Below, in pieces: positions 1 to 21,830 of a DNA stretch of 64,000 nt. Made by a program: the position numbers and the translations under genes. This DNA is from Lama guanicoe (lineage: Eukaryota). Position 1 is the stretch's first letter. Each line of letters starts with the position of its first letter. Location: NCBI GenBank assembly GCA_013239625.1, contig MU054338.1, positions 1,862,001 to 1,926,000 of the forward strand. Reading direction: 5' to 3'. The notes beneath the pieces were generated by a model, which searched no databases, was not told where the DNA came from, and saw only the letters and a program-made list of their open reading frames with translations.

Positions 1-234
1 ATCTTTTAAAATGACACAAAAGAACTTATTTACAAAATAAACAGAATCACAGACATAGAAAACAAACTTATGGTTACCAAGGTGGAAAGGGGTGCGGGAA
101 GGGATAAATTGGGAGCTTGGGATTTGCAGATACTAACTACTATATATAAAGTAGATAAACAAGGTCCTACTGTACAGCACAGGGAACTATATTCAATATC
201 TTGTAATGGCCTATAATGGAAAAGAATATATATA

Positions 235-265
<31 letters not shown>

Positions 266-338
266 ATAACTGAATCACTATGCTGTACACCAGAAACTAA
301 CACAAGATTGTAAATTAACTATACTTCAATTTAAAAAA
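1..338 (+). mobile_element. L1 3' UTR fragment with A-rich end, containing a (TG)n microsatellite at ~236-266
   Basis: Typical cetartiodactyl L1 3' UTR text (gggaactatattcaatatcttg...actatacttcaatttaaaaaa); similar copies at ~19770-20200, ~28110-28360 and ~33800-34300. Confidence 0.8.
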
Positions 339-819
339 CTATCTCCAGCAGGTCTGATGCCTGCTCCTAACAAGAAAAAAAAAAGCTACCTCAAATTATC
401 TCATAAATGGAGAAGAGGAATATCTGCTATTCAGAATTTATACATGACAAATTTATTAGTAATTCTGAAATACGTGAGAACTCCCACAGCTTTGGAAGGG
501 CATCTTCATGAAAAAGTTTATGAAAGAATGCATATACAAGTAGTCAAAGGTCACTTACTCAATAAACTTTTTTGAGGGTAGCATGTTTAATCACGTTTTT
601 AAACTTCCCATTGTCTTGTACAAAGTGAAAATTTAGAAGAAACCTTTCTTTTTCTTTAAGAAACACAGAATGTAAGAATCACCACTGATGAAAAAACATT
701 AAAACATTTTATAAAAACATGGATCTTAGATCAAGGAACTACAGTATTTGTCGACTGAACAATTTAGTAAGAAGACAAAATAAGCTGACATGCATTTAAG
801 TCAGATGTTATAAAGAAGT

Positions 820-1290
820 GTTGTCGAGGATGTGGAGAGATTAGAACACTGTACACTGACGGTGGGGTTGGGAAATGGTGCAGTCACTGCAGGTAAGAGC
901 TTCGTGGTTCCTCAAAAAGTTAAGCATAGAACTGCCCTGTGACCCAGCCACTCCACTCCTGCCTGCATTGAAACAGATGCTCAAACACGTGTACATGAAT
1001 GGTGGTTGCAGCTCTGTTCAAAATGGCCAAAAGGTGGAAACGTCCAGAATGTCCATCAGTGCATGAAGGATAAACAAAGTGTACCCTGTACATAGGATGG
1101 GAGATTAATCAGCCATAGAAAGGAAGGAAACTCTGGCTTAGGCTGCAACGTGAATGAACCCTGACAATATTATGCTGAAGAACAAAGCCAGACACAAAAG
1201 TTCAGTGGTGTATGAGTCCGTTTATGTATATCTAAAATGTCCATAACAGGTCAATCCAGAGACAGAAAGTATTTCAGTGGTGATCAGGAC
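820..1290 (+). mobile_element. Old L1M-type fragment
   Basis: Motifs such as tgtgacccagccactccactcct and gtccatcagtgcatgaaggataaacaaa match the ancient L1 ORF2 3' end/3' UTR. Confidence 0.65.
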
Positions 1291-1779
1291 GTAATCCTGA
1301 TGTAATGGTATGCTATAATGGCCTTATAATTCATTCTTAAATGAAAAGGTAATTCACAACCGTAAGGTTCACACTCAAGTTTAAAACTCTGGCTATATAT
1401 TTGTATATCTCACAGCTGTACAACCAACACTGTACAATATAGCCTTTCACAGTTCACTGGGACTGACTTAAAGCTGATGTGATGTGAATTTCTCCGCATG
1501 TGAAATGCACACCTGAGAGTTAAGACATCTAAGTGGCTGTGCTGAGTCTGCAGGGAGGCAGGCCTCAGGCCGACCTACTGGGAAAAGGTCCCGTAGCCTT
1601 GGATAGCTGACCTCAAGCCTCAGAGTCGGAAGCAGGGACAAAGGGCACAGCCTCCCAGTGTCAAAGGTCAGACAGGGACAGAGCCTGGCACTGCCTTGCA
1701 CAAGGTGACATCCCTGAAAATCTTTGTTAACGGTCACATTTCTCCGTGACCTCCCTCGCCCCAGGCCAGGCCCTGACCA

Positions 1780-2285
1780 AGCTGATAAAAGAAATCATCA
1801 CCAATTGAGGTTTGCAGAAGTCATTCTGGCTTAGACACGATTTAACTCGAAATTCATGCTAAGAGAGCCAGTTTGCAGGCTATCAAACATACATTGTACA
1901 TCTGCTTTGACTAGTAAAGTAAAGCGTGCATTTACCAGAGGTAAGGAATATTTGTGTTAAAAATGAAGACTAAATGCCTCCCTTCCCGGGACACCAATGC
2001 TGATACACCTGCAATGATGACTCCCTCCCCAGGTACGGAACCACACTGACTCCTTGTGTCCTTGCAGGTGTTTGTTTTGGAAACCTTGAAGGAATGTATC
2101 CCTGACTTGTCTGATGGTGTTTGGCAGTACTGACAAGATACAAACTGCTGAAAACCATGCTTCTCCAGAGCAGTTCCTCAGAGTTATCCCGGAGGCTGTC
2201 CGCGGGCTACAGTCCTCAGTTTGGCTCAGATAAAAGTCTTTTCTATTCCCATTATAGATTGTTTATGTTTTGTTTACATCCGTGA
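1780..2285 (+). mobile_element. ERV1-like solo LTR directly upstream of promoter module A1
   Basis: LTR-like 3' end (cagtcctcagtttggctcagataaaagtcttttctattccc...); absent from the paralogous inverted arm, where the flanks join directly. Confidence 0.55.
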
Positions 2286-2301
2286 AGCCCTAGGACCCAT
2301 G

Positions 2302-3477
2302 TTTTCTCACCTCCACTGGTATACGGCGCGAGCCCCGAGGAAACAGCCTGGACTTGCAGGTGCAGGAGGAGGACGCCGGGGAGCCCAGAGCAGATGCCAC
2401 AGGGTCCCCGGGCGGGAGCGGGTTCTGCGTGCAGCGCAAGTCCCAGGAGGGGGACCGGCCACCTGTGTCCCCGCGGCCTGTCACTCAGGAGCAGGGACGG
2501 GGTCTGGTTGAACTGTCCAATCAGCGGCGACGGGGCGGGGTCCGGACAACGCAGCAGTGAGGGTAGGATGGGGCCGGGAGGGCTGTCCATCAGGGCGGGG
2601 CCGGGCAAGGACTGCCGGCCAATCGGGGCGCAGGGCCCCGGGGAGCCGTCCAATGAGGGCGCGCGGCGGGCGCGTTCCCAGCCCGAGGAGGTGGCTCTGA
2701 GCCGCCCGCGGCGCTTGTGCCAGCTTGTCCCCTGGGCCTCAGGTGCCGGACCCCGTGGCTCGCACCTGCCCAGGTCGCGGGGCCGCGGGGCCGCGGGGCC
2801 GCGGGGAGCAGGCCTCGGAGAGCCCGAAAGGAGGCGGAGATGGTGAGTGCCTAGCCCGGGACCGAGCACGCGAAAGGCTTGTTCGAAGCGGCCGGAACCT
2901 GCGGAAAGCGGCGGCCGGCCGGGTCTCCCCGCGCCCCAGCCACCCAGGCGTCCCGGCCCGAGTCTCCCCCTCGGCCGCGGGGTGGGGTGCCGGCGTCCTG
3001 TCCCGTCCCCGCGCGACGTGCGGGGCGTCCAGATCGCGCCCTTGGCCCGGGGGGGTCGGAGGGAGGACAGGACACCCTGACGCGGACGGGCAGGCTTGGA
3101 GAGGGAGGGGAGGGGGCCCAGGGGAGGGGGGCCCCGCCCTGGACCTGACAGACAGTCACGTCCGGACTTGGTCAAGGAGCCTGTGATGCGAATAATGTTG
3201 CGATGGGGCCGAGGCTCGGTTTTCAGAGATACGCAGCGTCTCCCACCACACAGAAGAGGGCTTTTCTGTTCTGTGTGAGGAGGGGGAGCAGTAGAGAATC
3301 CGGGCGAGTGCGGGCAGTGCGCTGACTGCAGGACCAGCGTGTCTGGACCGGACAGGACCCCCTGGGTCAGCCTGTTCTCTGGAGAAGCTGACCAGGGGCT
3401 TGTTCCGAACCTCAGTGTTGCTCAGAGGTGGAAACGACCCCACGTTTAGGGCATGTGGGGAGGGAGCTTGAAGGTGT
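2302..3477 (+). repeat. Left arm of near-identical inverted repeat (partner 22666-23839)
   Basis: Reverse complement of 22666-23839; I see only one substitution near 2310 and a 2-bp indel near 3103. ORF track gives identical peptides for both arms (e.g. 2354..2560+ and 23581..23787-). Confidence 0.95.
2480..2848 (+). promoter_or_regulatory. CpG-island promoter module A1 with KRAB-ZNF-type first exon ending ATG|gtgagt (ATG 2840-2842)
   Basis: CCAAT boxes at 2517, 2619 and 2650, GC boxes, dense CpG; GAGATG|gtgagtgc donor has the same design as the exon 1 at 5123. Confidence 0.7.
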
Positions 3478-3678
3478 CGGGTAACAAATGGGACACAGAG
3501 AGCTTGGTCAAGCCCAGATGTGTGCAGGGCAGGAGGGCAGGTAAAAGTCAAACGGGCTGGCCCCTGCCTTACGTGCAGGGAGGGTCACAGTGTCTTGGTA
3601 TTAAAGGCAACAGATCCACAGTGACCTTGCCCATGGGCTAATCCCTGACTTAGGAGGACCCCAGGCCCTCCTGTCTCA

Positions 3679-4575
3679 TGTAGAACAATAATCAGAATTA
3701 TGGCTTCAGAGAAAAAAGAGCTTTATTGGGGAGGAGTAGGGGGGAGGGTCTTAAAATTGCAACTTGGGAACACATATTTGAGTTCATGGAATACAATTTA
3801 TGCTTGAGGCATGAAGAGAAAATGTAAGCATAAGATACTCCGTGTCCTGTTTGAGCCGTCCCTAATGTGCAGTGTGCATCTGCATTATACATTATCCAGA
3901 TCCTCTGAAAGGCAGGAATGTCTGCTCAATCAGAAAGATCAAATTTTGTTTCCTTCTTCTGCCACCAGCAATGTAACTCCTTAGAAGATAACATTCTTCC
4001 TAAATCCTGCTGGGGGGTCATGGTGATCTGGTGCAGCTCTGGACTATGCATCTTTGGTGAACTTTATGTGAAATGTCACTGTGTCATTTTGTTGTATGAC
4101 CCTGTGTCTCAAAAAGGGATATAACTATGCCTTAGACTTCTAGCAAGCAAAACAGTCGTTAGAATTTTCTAAGAAGCTGCTGGGTTGTAATCCTCAGATT
4201 TGCTCAATTCTCTCTTTGCACTTTTAGACCGACTGTTGATCAATATTTCATCAACAGCATAAAATTGTTCTAGGGAAGAGAGAGTAGGAGGCAGCTTACA
4301 AGGTTATTAAAGTCATCTGGCGTGAATTCTGATCGACTCTGTCCTTAAGGGATAGGCTGTCAGGAGTTATTTAGGGTAAGGGTCGGATAAGTATCTTGAC
4401 TTTCTGGGCCACTGGACAGATTCTCCTGATGCCTGCATTAAGTTAGTAAGTGGCCAAAAGTTCAGATTCCATCCTGGTGGAGACCTGCATAGACCCCACT
4501 TCCTCAGTGGCCCCCTGGCTCCATTTTAGAGAGCTCTCTTAGCCATACCGACTCCGTTTTACTTTTCCTTTCACA
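3679..4575 (-). mobile_element. Older LTR (minus) interrupted by a younger LTR at ~3780-4257 (plus)
   Basis: Minus-strand start TGTGAAAGGAAAAG...CTAAAATGGAGCC; uninterrupted paralog at ~22038-22480; inner element has a TATA-like gatataac and ends tcaaca. Confidence 0.55.
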
Positions 4576-4799
4576 CCTGTCCCCTCTTGTCCTGGCCCTT
4601 GTCTGGGGAGAGTGCAGCCCTGGACAGGGGATACTAGGGAGGGGAAACTGAGTCATCACCTCTCTGTTCAGGCGAAGGTACATCTGATGCTGTGTCTGTG
4701 TGGTCAGAAGCAGATTCGGCAAAAGCCCATCCTGGGGCCTTGTCCCCATGTCCCTGGGGAATCCAGGTAGTAAAGAGCTGAAGCAGGCAACCCGCACTT

Positions 4800-5122
4800 C
4801 CGCCCTGCTCGGCCACGTGACCTACAGCCCGCCCTTCGCTCTTAATCCAGGCCGGCTACGTTGTCAGTCAAGGCCTCTAAAGGGGGTGGTCCAGTCCAAT
4901 CAGGCCTGTCCAATCAGGGTGTGAGGGGTTAGAGCCCCATCCAATCAGGAGCGGGGGCGGGCGCATTCGCTTCCGCGGTGACGTCGTTCTCCGCCGCCTA
5001 GGCGTGCCTGCGCACCTACCTCGGGCGACCTCAGGTGTCGGGTCGCTGTAGCTCTTACCTGCCTGAGCCCTTGGGCTGCCGGCCGCGCAGAGCACGACCT
5101 GGAAGCGCGGAGAGAGGCTGAA

Positions 5123-5131
<9 letters not shown>
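4800..5131 (+). promoter_or_regulatory. CpG-island promoter module B1 and exon 1 of the ZNF77-like gene
   Basis: CCAAT at 4896, 4910 and 4941; CACGTG at 4814; CRE-like TGACGT at ~4979; exon ends GAAATG|gtgagt (ATG 5123-5125). Confidence 0.75.
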
Positions 5132-14032
<8,901 letters not shown>

Positions 14033-16720
14033 AACTTGTAAATGTGAGCCGTCACAGGAGAGGAACATGAATCAAAAGAATGGGGGAACCTTTAGCACTT
14101 CACTTACCTGGTATGTGAAAGCTGGGCAGGACAGATACCTTTTCATGGCTATAAATACGGTTTTTCCTCCATAAGTGCCTCATCCTGAATAAGGATCCCA
14201 GTGTATTAATTTCTAGTTCATGCGCTGATCTGAACACTTAAGATAATTACTGTTCCTCTATGTCTCCTTCGTGTGTACTACTTACATTTTGTTATCTTGG
14301 ACTTTAAATAATTACAGTCATACAGTGCTTGCCTCAATTCCGTTATAATGTCTTTTGAATTCAGGGATGGCAAGTAGTGTCTGGCTTTTGATTTTTTTTC
14401 ATGTGGAACTTCATGTAAGTTTAGATGAAAATGTTTTTGTTTCATACTTTTGATTATGATCTTGGTATGCAATCCTGACGTGAGACCTGTATTGTTGAAA
14501 TGTCTTTTCTGGTCCATGTGACAGGTGATTTTTTTGTGTGACTCAGTATTTACTGTCCCCTTGAGTCTGTATTACAGAAAGCTGTGTCTTCCATGTTTCT
14601 TTGTTGCTAGTGGATACTACATTTGTGTTCCTCACAGAAATTAATAATCGTGGGAGGTCTTGGAAGACAGCAGTCTCACCTGGTTATGTTCATTATAACT
14701 TGATCTCTGCTCATTGTCCTTGATTGTGGTTGGAAATTGGACAGGATTTATTGAGATAGTTGAGTGACCCGGTGGCGTGAAGATGAAAGCTCGTGTCCAG
14801 ACGGTTCTACTGAGTTGTGTTGTGGGCGTGGGTAATCCGATGGGAGACTGCCTAACCCAGAGTCCTTCTGTCAGTGGTTCTGAGTTGAAGTTCCTGAGAA
14901 GAGGAAGAGGCATGAGGTCTGGAGAACAGAGGTGAGGAAGCCATGAGCCTCAGGTCTTCTGTACTGTCAGGAGGTGGAGACACACGGGAACTTACTGGGC
15001 CCAGTTTTCTGGCTCCTGGCCCTGCCCACGTGGGCCAGCCCCCAAGCAGACACGTGTTTGACGTTAGTTCCCGCTTGGGCAGCAGATTCTACGCTTCTCC
15101 CCAAGGTCCCTCATTATGGTTCCTCTTTGCGTTTCTGGTTCACACAGACCCTTGCGTGTTCCTGTAGGTCCTTGGTGTCCATCAGGCCACTCCTTCAGGC
15201 ATTCATACTGTGATCTTCTCACACCCTGTGACCCCCCCCCACGTCCAACAGTTTGGCTCATGACATGATTTGTGTAGGAAGCATCTTATTCCTCTAATAG
15301 AGGAGCTGGTTCCTTCCTCCAGCCATGGCAGATTTAATGTGGCAGCCACAAGTGCAGGACACCTACTTCCTTTGTTTCATTGTTGAAACTCTGCAGTGGC
15401 CCTGCATTTCTTGTTTCTGAAAACTTCCATGATGGAAATGAGCACTTACGAAAATGGCCCTTTGGGAGCATTTTATCTTGTAGCTGGCTGCTCTGTATAT
15501 GGTAAACCTACTATATTTAATTACCTTGCCTTTTTATGTGTGTTGACTTAGTGTTTCTTTCATTTTTTTATACATTTGGTTTGGGTTCCTACTTGATAGA
15601 CCACAGTAGGCAATAATGACACAGTAATCAGAAAAACAAGCTGCAAGCCGCTGTCCAGCAGTCCCCTGTGCATCGGTCCTTCTGTCTGTAGGGGAACAGC
15701 GTCTTCACTGTACCTTCCAAGTCTCCTGCAAGGTAGGCTATCGGCGAATTCTAACCTGAGTTATAAAGACGAGATTCTGGGAAGTATGCATCCCAGCCTC
15801 ACCCACAGAGAAAGAACGAACGTTCAGCGGAACCACACCTTCCAATAGATTCCATTGACCTCTCACAGTGGCACAGGAAGTGCAGCACAGCGAGCATCTG
15901 GGAGGGAGGTGGACATGGAGATTCCACGTACATGCCTCTCTGGTCCTCTGGTTCCAGAAGACAGTGCAAGCAGAACAGTAAAACAGTGTTTCACGTGACA
16001 CTGGGAGTTCATACCTACATGGAGCCCAAAATATACACAAGTGTATGTACACAGGGTCCACTAGTGTCTCCCCCCCCCCCAGTTTCACACCCAGTTGGCC
16101 CTCAGAGCTTTTTAAAGAATAAAGTCTGATAACGGGAAACAAGAGGTCCAAAATCGAGTCTTAGCAGCCATGCAAGACGTAATAACAAACTTAGTTGCAG
16201 CCTCACCTTTTCCCAGGAACGTGGCCTTTGAGTCAACCTGGCAGTTCCTGGTCTGCAGCAGGAGCTGTTCTGCTGAGAGGCTCCCCAGCTTGTGTTCCCC
16301 TCAGGAAACAAACGATACATCCTTTGCCTGAAGTGATGCACTCTTCACTAATAGTTTTCCTTTTTTCTGCTCCTTTTCTGTCTTTAAAGCCCATGATTTC
16401 TGTAGGTCCTTGGACCTCTTTTTCTGCTTGCTCAGTGGGCTGCTGCCTGATTCATGGATCTTTCAATAAATCCTGTGAGGTCTTTCAAAGTTACTCAGAT
16501 GAATTTCTGTCATTTAAGATGGTGAAGCCACTTTGAGAGACAGTCTGGTCGATCCTCAAAATGACGCACACTGAGTCACTGTGTGACATGGCCACATCAT
16601 CCTAGGTACCTGTCTGCCCAAGAGAGGGGAGAGCAAGCATCATTGCAAAAAAACGGTACACAGATATTCACAGCAGTCACAATAGCCAAAAAGTGGAAAC
16701 CAGTCAAAAGGCCACTGGCT

Positions 16721-16952
16721 GATCTGGAGAAGCAAATGCTGTATATTCTCACAACGGAATATCATTTGCAACAAGAGGAATGAAGTAGTGATCCAAGACA
16801 CAAAATCAGAGACTTCTTAGAACGTTAAGCAGCTCCACAAATGTCCACCAGCAGTATCGTATCGTTTATATGAAACGCAGAGAATGAGCAAGTCTATAGA
16901 GGCAGAAAGCAGGGAGAGGGTGGAGCACGGGCTTAGCGTGCATGAGGTCCTG
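16721..16952 (+). repeat. 232-bp perfect inverted repeat, source copy (partner 18152-18383)
   Basis: gatctggagaagc...catgaggtcctg is the exact reverse complement of 18152-18383 by eye. Confidence 0.9.
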
Positions 16953-17040
16953 GGCCCAAGCCCCGGCACCTCCAGTAAATAAATAAATAATCCTAATTAC
17001 CCCCCCAAATAAAATATTTGTTTCTAATTTAAAAAAATAA
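16911..17040 (+). mobile_element. Vic-1-type tRNA-derived SINE (diverged)
   Basis: gcttagcgtgcatgaggtcctggg...cacctccagtaaataaataa...cctaattaccccc matches the other SINE copies in the window. Confidence 0.7.
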
Positions 17041-18151
17041 AAAGGAATTGGGTCCAAAGTCTTTCAGACTCTTTCCTGGTATGGCGGGAGAGGGGGTCAT
17101 AAAACACAATTTTTGATACCTTTCTTGGGAAAAAATGTTGCAAGCTGACAGTTCACAAAGGGATGTGGTTGCAGTGCCTCATGGTCACACACCTGCCTCA
17201 GTGACAGGTGAACACGGTCCCTCTTCAGTGCACCTTACAGGGCCTGTGGAGCCCTGAAAATGGACAGATGTGGGAACTAACACACCATAAGTATTAAGTT
17301 AAAAGGTCTTACTCTAGTGGATCAGATTTTCTTTTTTTAAGGCGCACAACGTCCACATCAAACTCTCATCCCAAAGGAGCAGATCCTGATGGACAGTTAC
17401 CCCTTGCGGGACCCCTGCTGATGGATTCCACATCTTCTGTCATGTCTCGGCCTCGTCTGTGTCCTCATCTCAGAAGCATAAAGTGCTTGGGAGCAACTGA
17501 AACACCAGCCCTGGGACTTTGTACACAAGCCCTGTGATTCCTTTCTGTCGTTCACTGGGAGCCAGTCCCTGTTAGGAAACAGGTTTCTGGGTCATGGCTG
17601 TGCAGGATCAGAGAGCTTTCACAGAGGTGGAGCTGGACAGTGTGAAAAACAAACCTGCCCAGTGTGGCCGAGCGGAAGTGCTGGTTCCTGTTTAAAGCCG
17701 TCTCTGCTGCACTGACCAGGATGGGAACAGAAGATGCCTGAGTATGTCCTGTCGGTGTCCTGGAGACAATTAGCTTAGAAAGCCCTGTTTAATCTTCATT
17801 CTGTGCTTTTGGTATTGGACAACTGAGCTCTTCCGCATGGCTTGTAATAAACCACATTTCACGTCTTGTTTCTGCTCAGTCTTTTCAGATACCCAAATGT
17901 ACGTCTCACCCTGAGCTCCCAGTAATGATGACATAGAAGTCTCTCTGATGCTGACCTGTAGTGCAGTCTTGATTTTCCTTTAAATCATTAATAGAAGAAA
18001 CTAATGGTGTGGTCTTGTTTTTAACTGACGTTTCCTGGGAAGCAGACAATGCAAAAAGGAAACACTGAACCTCCTGTCTCCCTGAAAAGCAAGGAATAAT
18101 GTCCCGTGTGAAAAGTGCACTCCCTGCATCCTGAGATAGAAGGTGGGGATT

Positions 18152-18438
18152 CAGGACCTCATGCACGCTAAGCCCGTGCTCCACCCTCTCCCTGCTTTCT
18201 GCCTCTATAGACTTGCTCATTCTCTGCGTTTCATATAAACGATACGATACTGCTGGTGGACATTTGTGGAGCTGCTTAACGTTCTAAGAAGTCTCTGATT
18301 TTGTGTCTTGGATCACTACTTCATTCCTCTTGTTGCAAATGATATTCCGTTGTGAGAATATACAGCATTTGCTTCTCCAGATCTTGTGGCTCACAGCGAA
18401 AGAGAATGACAATGAATGTGTGTATGTTCATGTATAAC
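18152..18438. repeat. Templated insertions: inverted copy of 16721-16952 followed by direct copy of 19621-19679
   Basis: Both pieces match their sources exactly by eye and overlap at GATC (18380-18383). Confidence 0.9.
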
Positions 18439-18510
18439 AAACCTTGTTACTCCCTTAAATTTACTACCTCAAGCCCAACCTGTTTACATCCTTCACTAAT
18501 CAAGCACCCA

Positions 18511-19766
18511 AAACTCAAACTGGCTTAAAGACTTAAACATCCGACAAGACACTATAAACCTCCTAGAAGAAAATATAGGCAAAACATTTCTCTGATACAA
18601 ATTTTAACAATGTTCTCCTAGGGCAGAAAACCCAGGCAATAGAAATAAAAGCAAAAATAAGCAAATGGGACCTAGTTAAACTTACAAGCTTTTTCATAGC
18701 AAAGGAAACCACAAACAACAGAACAACATACGGACTGGGAGGAAATACTTGCAAGTGATGTGACTGACAAGGACTTAATTTCCAGAATATACAACAGCTC
18801 ACACAACTCAGTAACAACAACAAAAAAACCCCAAACGACCCCATCCAAAAATGGGCAGAAGACCTAAACAAACACTTCTCCAATGAAGACACACAATGGC
18901 CAACAGGCACATGAAAAAATGTCAGTACCTCTAATTATTGGAGAAATGCAAGTCAAAATTACAATAAGGTATCACCTCACACCAGGCAGAATGGCCATCA
19001 TTACAAAGTCCACAAACGATAAATGCTGGAGAGGGTGTGGAGAACACGGGACCCTCCTACACTGCTGGTGGGAATGTAGTTTGCTGCAGCCACTATGGAG
19101 AACGGTATGGAGGTTCCTTAAAAACTAAACCTAGACACGCCATGTGACCCAGCAATCCCGCTCCTGGGCATCTATCTGGGGGGAACTCTTAATTCAAAAA
19201 AACATGCACCCCAATGTTAATAGCAGCACTATTTACAATAGCCAAGATGTGGAAGCAACCTATATGTCCATCAACAGATGACTGGATAAAGAAGTTCTGG
19301 TATATTTATACCACAGAATACTACTCAGCCATAAAAGCCAGCATAACACCATTATAGCAACATGGATGCACCTGGAGAATGTCATTCTAAGTGAAGTAAG
19401 CCAGAAAGAGAAAGAAAAATACCGTGTGAGACTGCTCATATGTGGAATCTAAAAAAAAACACAAACAAAGCATAAACACAAAACAGAAACAGACTTATAG
19501 ACAGAGAATACAAACTTGTGGTTGCCAGGGGGACGGGGGGTGGGAAGGGACAGACTGGGATTTCAAAATGTAGAACAGATAAACAAGATTGTACTGTGTA
19601 ACACAGGGAGATATATACAAGATCTTGTGGCTCACAGCGAAAGAGAATGACAATGAATGTGTGTATGTTCATGTATAACTGAAAAATTGTGCTCTACACT
19701 GGAAATTTACACAACATTGTAAAATGACTCAATAAAATAACTCAATAAAAAAAGTTTTAAAAAAAG
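18511..19766 (+). mobile_element. 5'-truncated L1 (ORF2 C-terminus remnant plus 3' UTR and A-tail)
   Basis: ORF 18883..19128 (…[13 protein letters not shown]…[19 protein letters not shown]…[12 protein letters not shown]) is the L1 ORF2 cysteine-rich end; followed by 3' UTR and A-rich tail. Confidence 0.9.
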
Positions 19767-20200
19767 AATAAACTAATGCCATGTGCAGCAACACAGATGG
19801 ACCAGGAGACTGTCATTCTAAAGTGGCCAGAAAGAGAAAGAAAAATACCATATAATGTCATTTATATGTGGAATCTTAAAAAACAAAACAAAACAAAACA
19901 CAAATGAACTTACTTACAAAACAGGAACAGGCTCAGACATAGAAACAAACTTACTGTTACCAGTGGGGAAGGGGATAGGAAGGGATAAATTGGGAGTTTG
20001 AGATTTGAAGATACTACTATATATAAAATAGATAACAATGAGTTTCTACTGTAGAGCACAGGGAACTATATTCAGTATCTTGCAGGAATCTATAATGAGA
20101 AAGAACCTGCAAAGGTATGCATGTGTGTGTACAACTGAAACTTGCTGCACACCAGAAATCGACCCAACACTGTAGACTGACTGTACTTCACATAAAAATG
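19767..20200 (+). mobile_element. Second, older L1 3' fragment
   Basis: aagaataaactaatgccatgtgcagcaacacagatggacc...gactgtacttcacataaaaa. Confidence 0.75.
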
Positions 20201-20999
20201 ACAAACAAACAAGTGCTAAATATCAGCGGTCATCAGTGAAAACCAACATACAATCACAAGAAGATCCCATTTCACACCTCGAGATGGTCTAAAGGAAGCT
20301 GGCTACTGCAAGCGCTGGAAATGAGGAGTAAGCACCTATGTGGGATAGTCAGACACTCGACTCAGCCCTCCTTCCACACTTCCAAGTATTGGGATCTTAC
20401 CCAAATCTACAACCTGGCAATTTTCTTTTTGTTACCAAGGCTGTTGCCCCCAGGATCATACCCCTGCCCCTCCCTCGACTAGAAACCAATTACTCTTACC
20501 TAAGCTTCAAGAGACAGCTGCAGAGAAGAAACAAGAACTGGTTAGAACCTGCCCAGTCCACGATGGTGGAGGGTGTGACTTGAGCCTCATTATGCATTCA
20601 TGGTAACACAGTAATTGCTAAGTGACACGCCCACCAGCACCCTGACAGGTAACAGTAGCAACAACAGCCGCGGGAAAAGCCCATACGAGGACCGACTGGT
20701 TTCGTCACACCTGGAAGGAGGACATGATGGTGGAAGCCTCTCATAAAGGTGCACGTGGCGCGACCCAGGCCAGAGCTGTCTCTACTGCCCGTCTTGGCTG
20801 ACCGCTTCCTTCTCGAGCACCTCTCCTCAAGCGCTTTTCTTCCCTCTCCCTGCTCCAGCACTTTCCTTCCGTTTCCCCTTCTGAGCGATAAAGTGGCAGT
20901 CCACTTCGTCCCTCTGCCTCTGCTGTGTGAATTCCTTCACGGCTGGCAGCAAGAACCCATACTGTGGTGAGCTTCCTAATTAGGGGTCCCCCACCCACT

Positions 21000-21830
21000 A
21001 ACATTGCTGGTAAATAACTATATTTTTTAGGTCAACATCCATTTCTTACCCAAATTTAGCTCAGACTTCTCCAAAGCCCCTAGCTTTGGGGGTCTCCTCA
21101 CCCACCCACGCTCGGAGCAGCGCGGGCCTCAGAACAAGCTCCCATAGACCTGGGTGGAGAATGCGCTGCCCGCAGGGAGCCGGGGCCCTGACAAACGGCC
21201 TTGCTCTCAGGCTCCTCACACCGAAGAGGAAAGCCCTTTGCTGTGTGGTTGGGGACGCTGGCGCATTTCTAAGATCCAAGGCTCGTCCCTGTTCCAACAG
21301 CGTTTGTAATTTCAAGCCTTGTGCCCATGGGAACAGTATTGCAGTAGACTCCTTGGACAGGCTGGGACTTGAAAAACATGTCAGGTCCAAGGTGGGAGCC
21401 CCCAGCGCCTGACCGCCCACACCGGGGGTCGTCCTGTTCCCCCTTGGACCCCTACTAGTCAAGGATTCTGCCTGAACCCCTGAAACCACAACCTTGAAAG
21501 AAGAGGTGGCTCCAGTCTGGTAGGGCTACTCCACCCGCAGCTGCTATGGCCCAGTGTGGACCAGGCCCTGCTGTTCGGGCCCCAGCCCCAGCCCCTCGCA
21601 AACCCGGCCCCACTCCACGCTCTCTAGAGCATCCACCCGGCAGCCCCACGAACCCGCAGCCTCGCAGGTGAGAGTGACGTCACCACCCCTGACTGGACGG
21701 GGCTCCTATCCCTCGCGCCCAGACTGGGCGGACTCAGGGCACACCTCCTTTCGGACCCTGGTTGACAAGGTTGCAGGCCTGGATTCTGAGTGCAGGGCGG
21801 GCTGGAGGTCACGTGGGGTAGAAAGGTGGA
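21000..21830 (-). pseudogene. Decayed inverted paralog (B2) of promoter/exon-1 module B1
   Basis: Reverse complement aligns with ~4810-5722 (ccacgtgacc.cagcccgccct; ggacgaccccgg; gggtaagaaatggatgttgac). CCAAT boxes are degraded (ccagtc) and I see no ATG|gtgagt. Confidence 0.7.
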
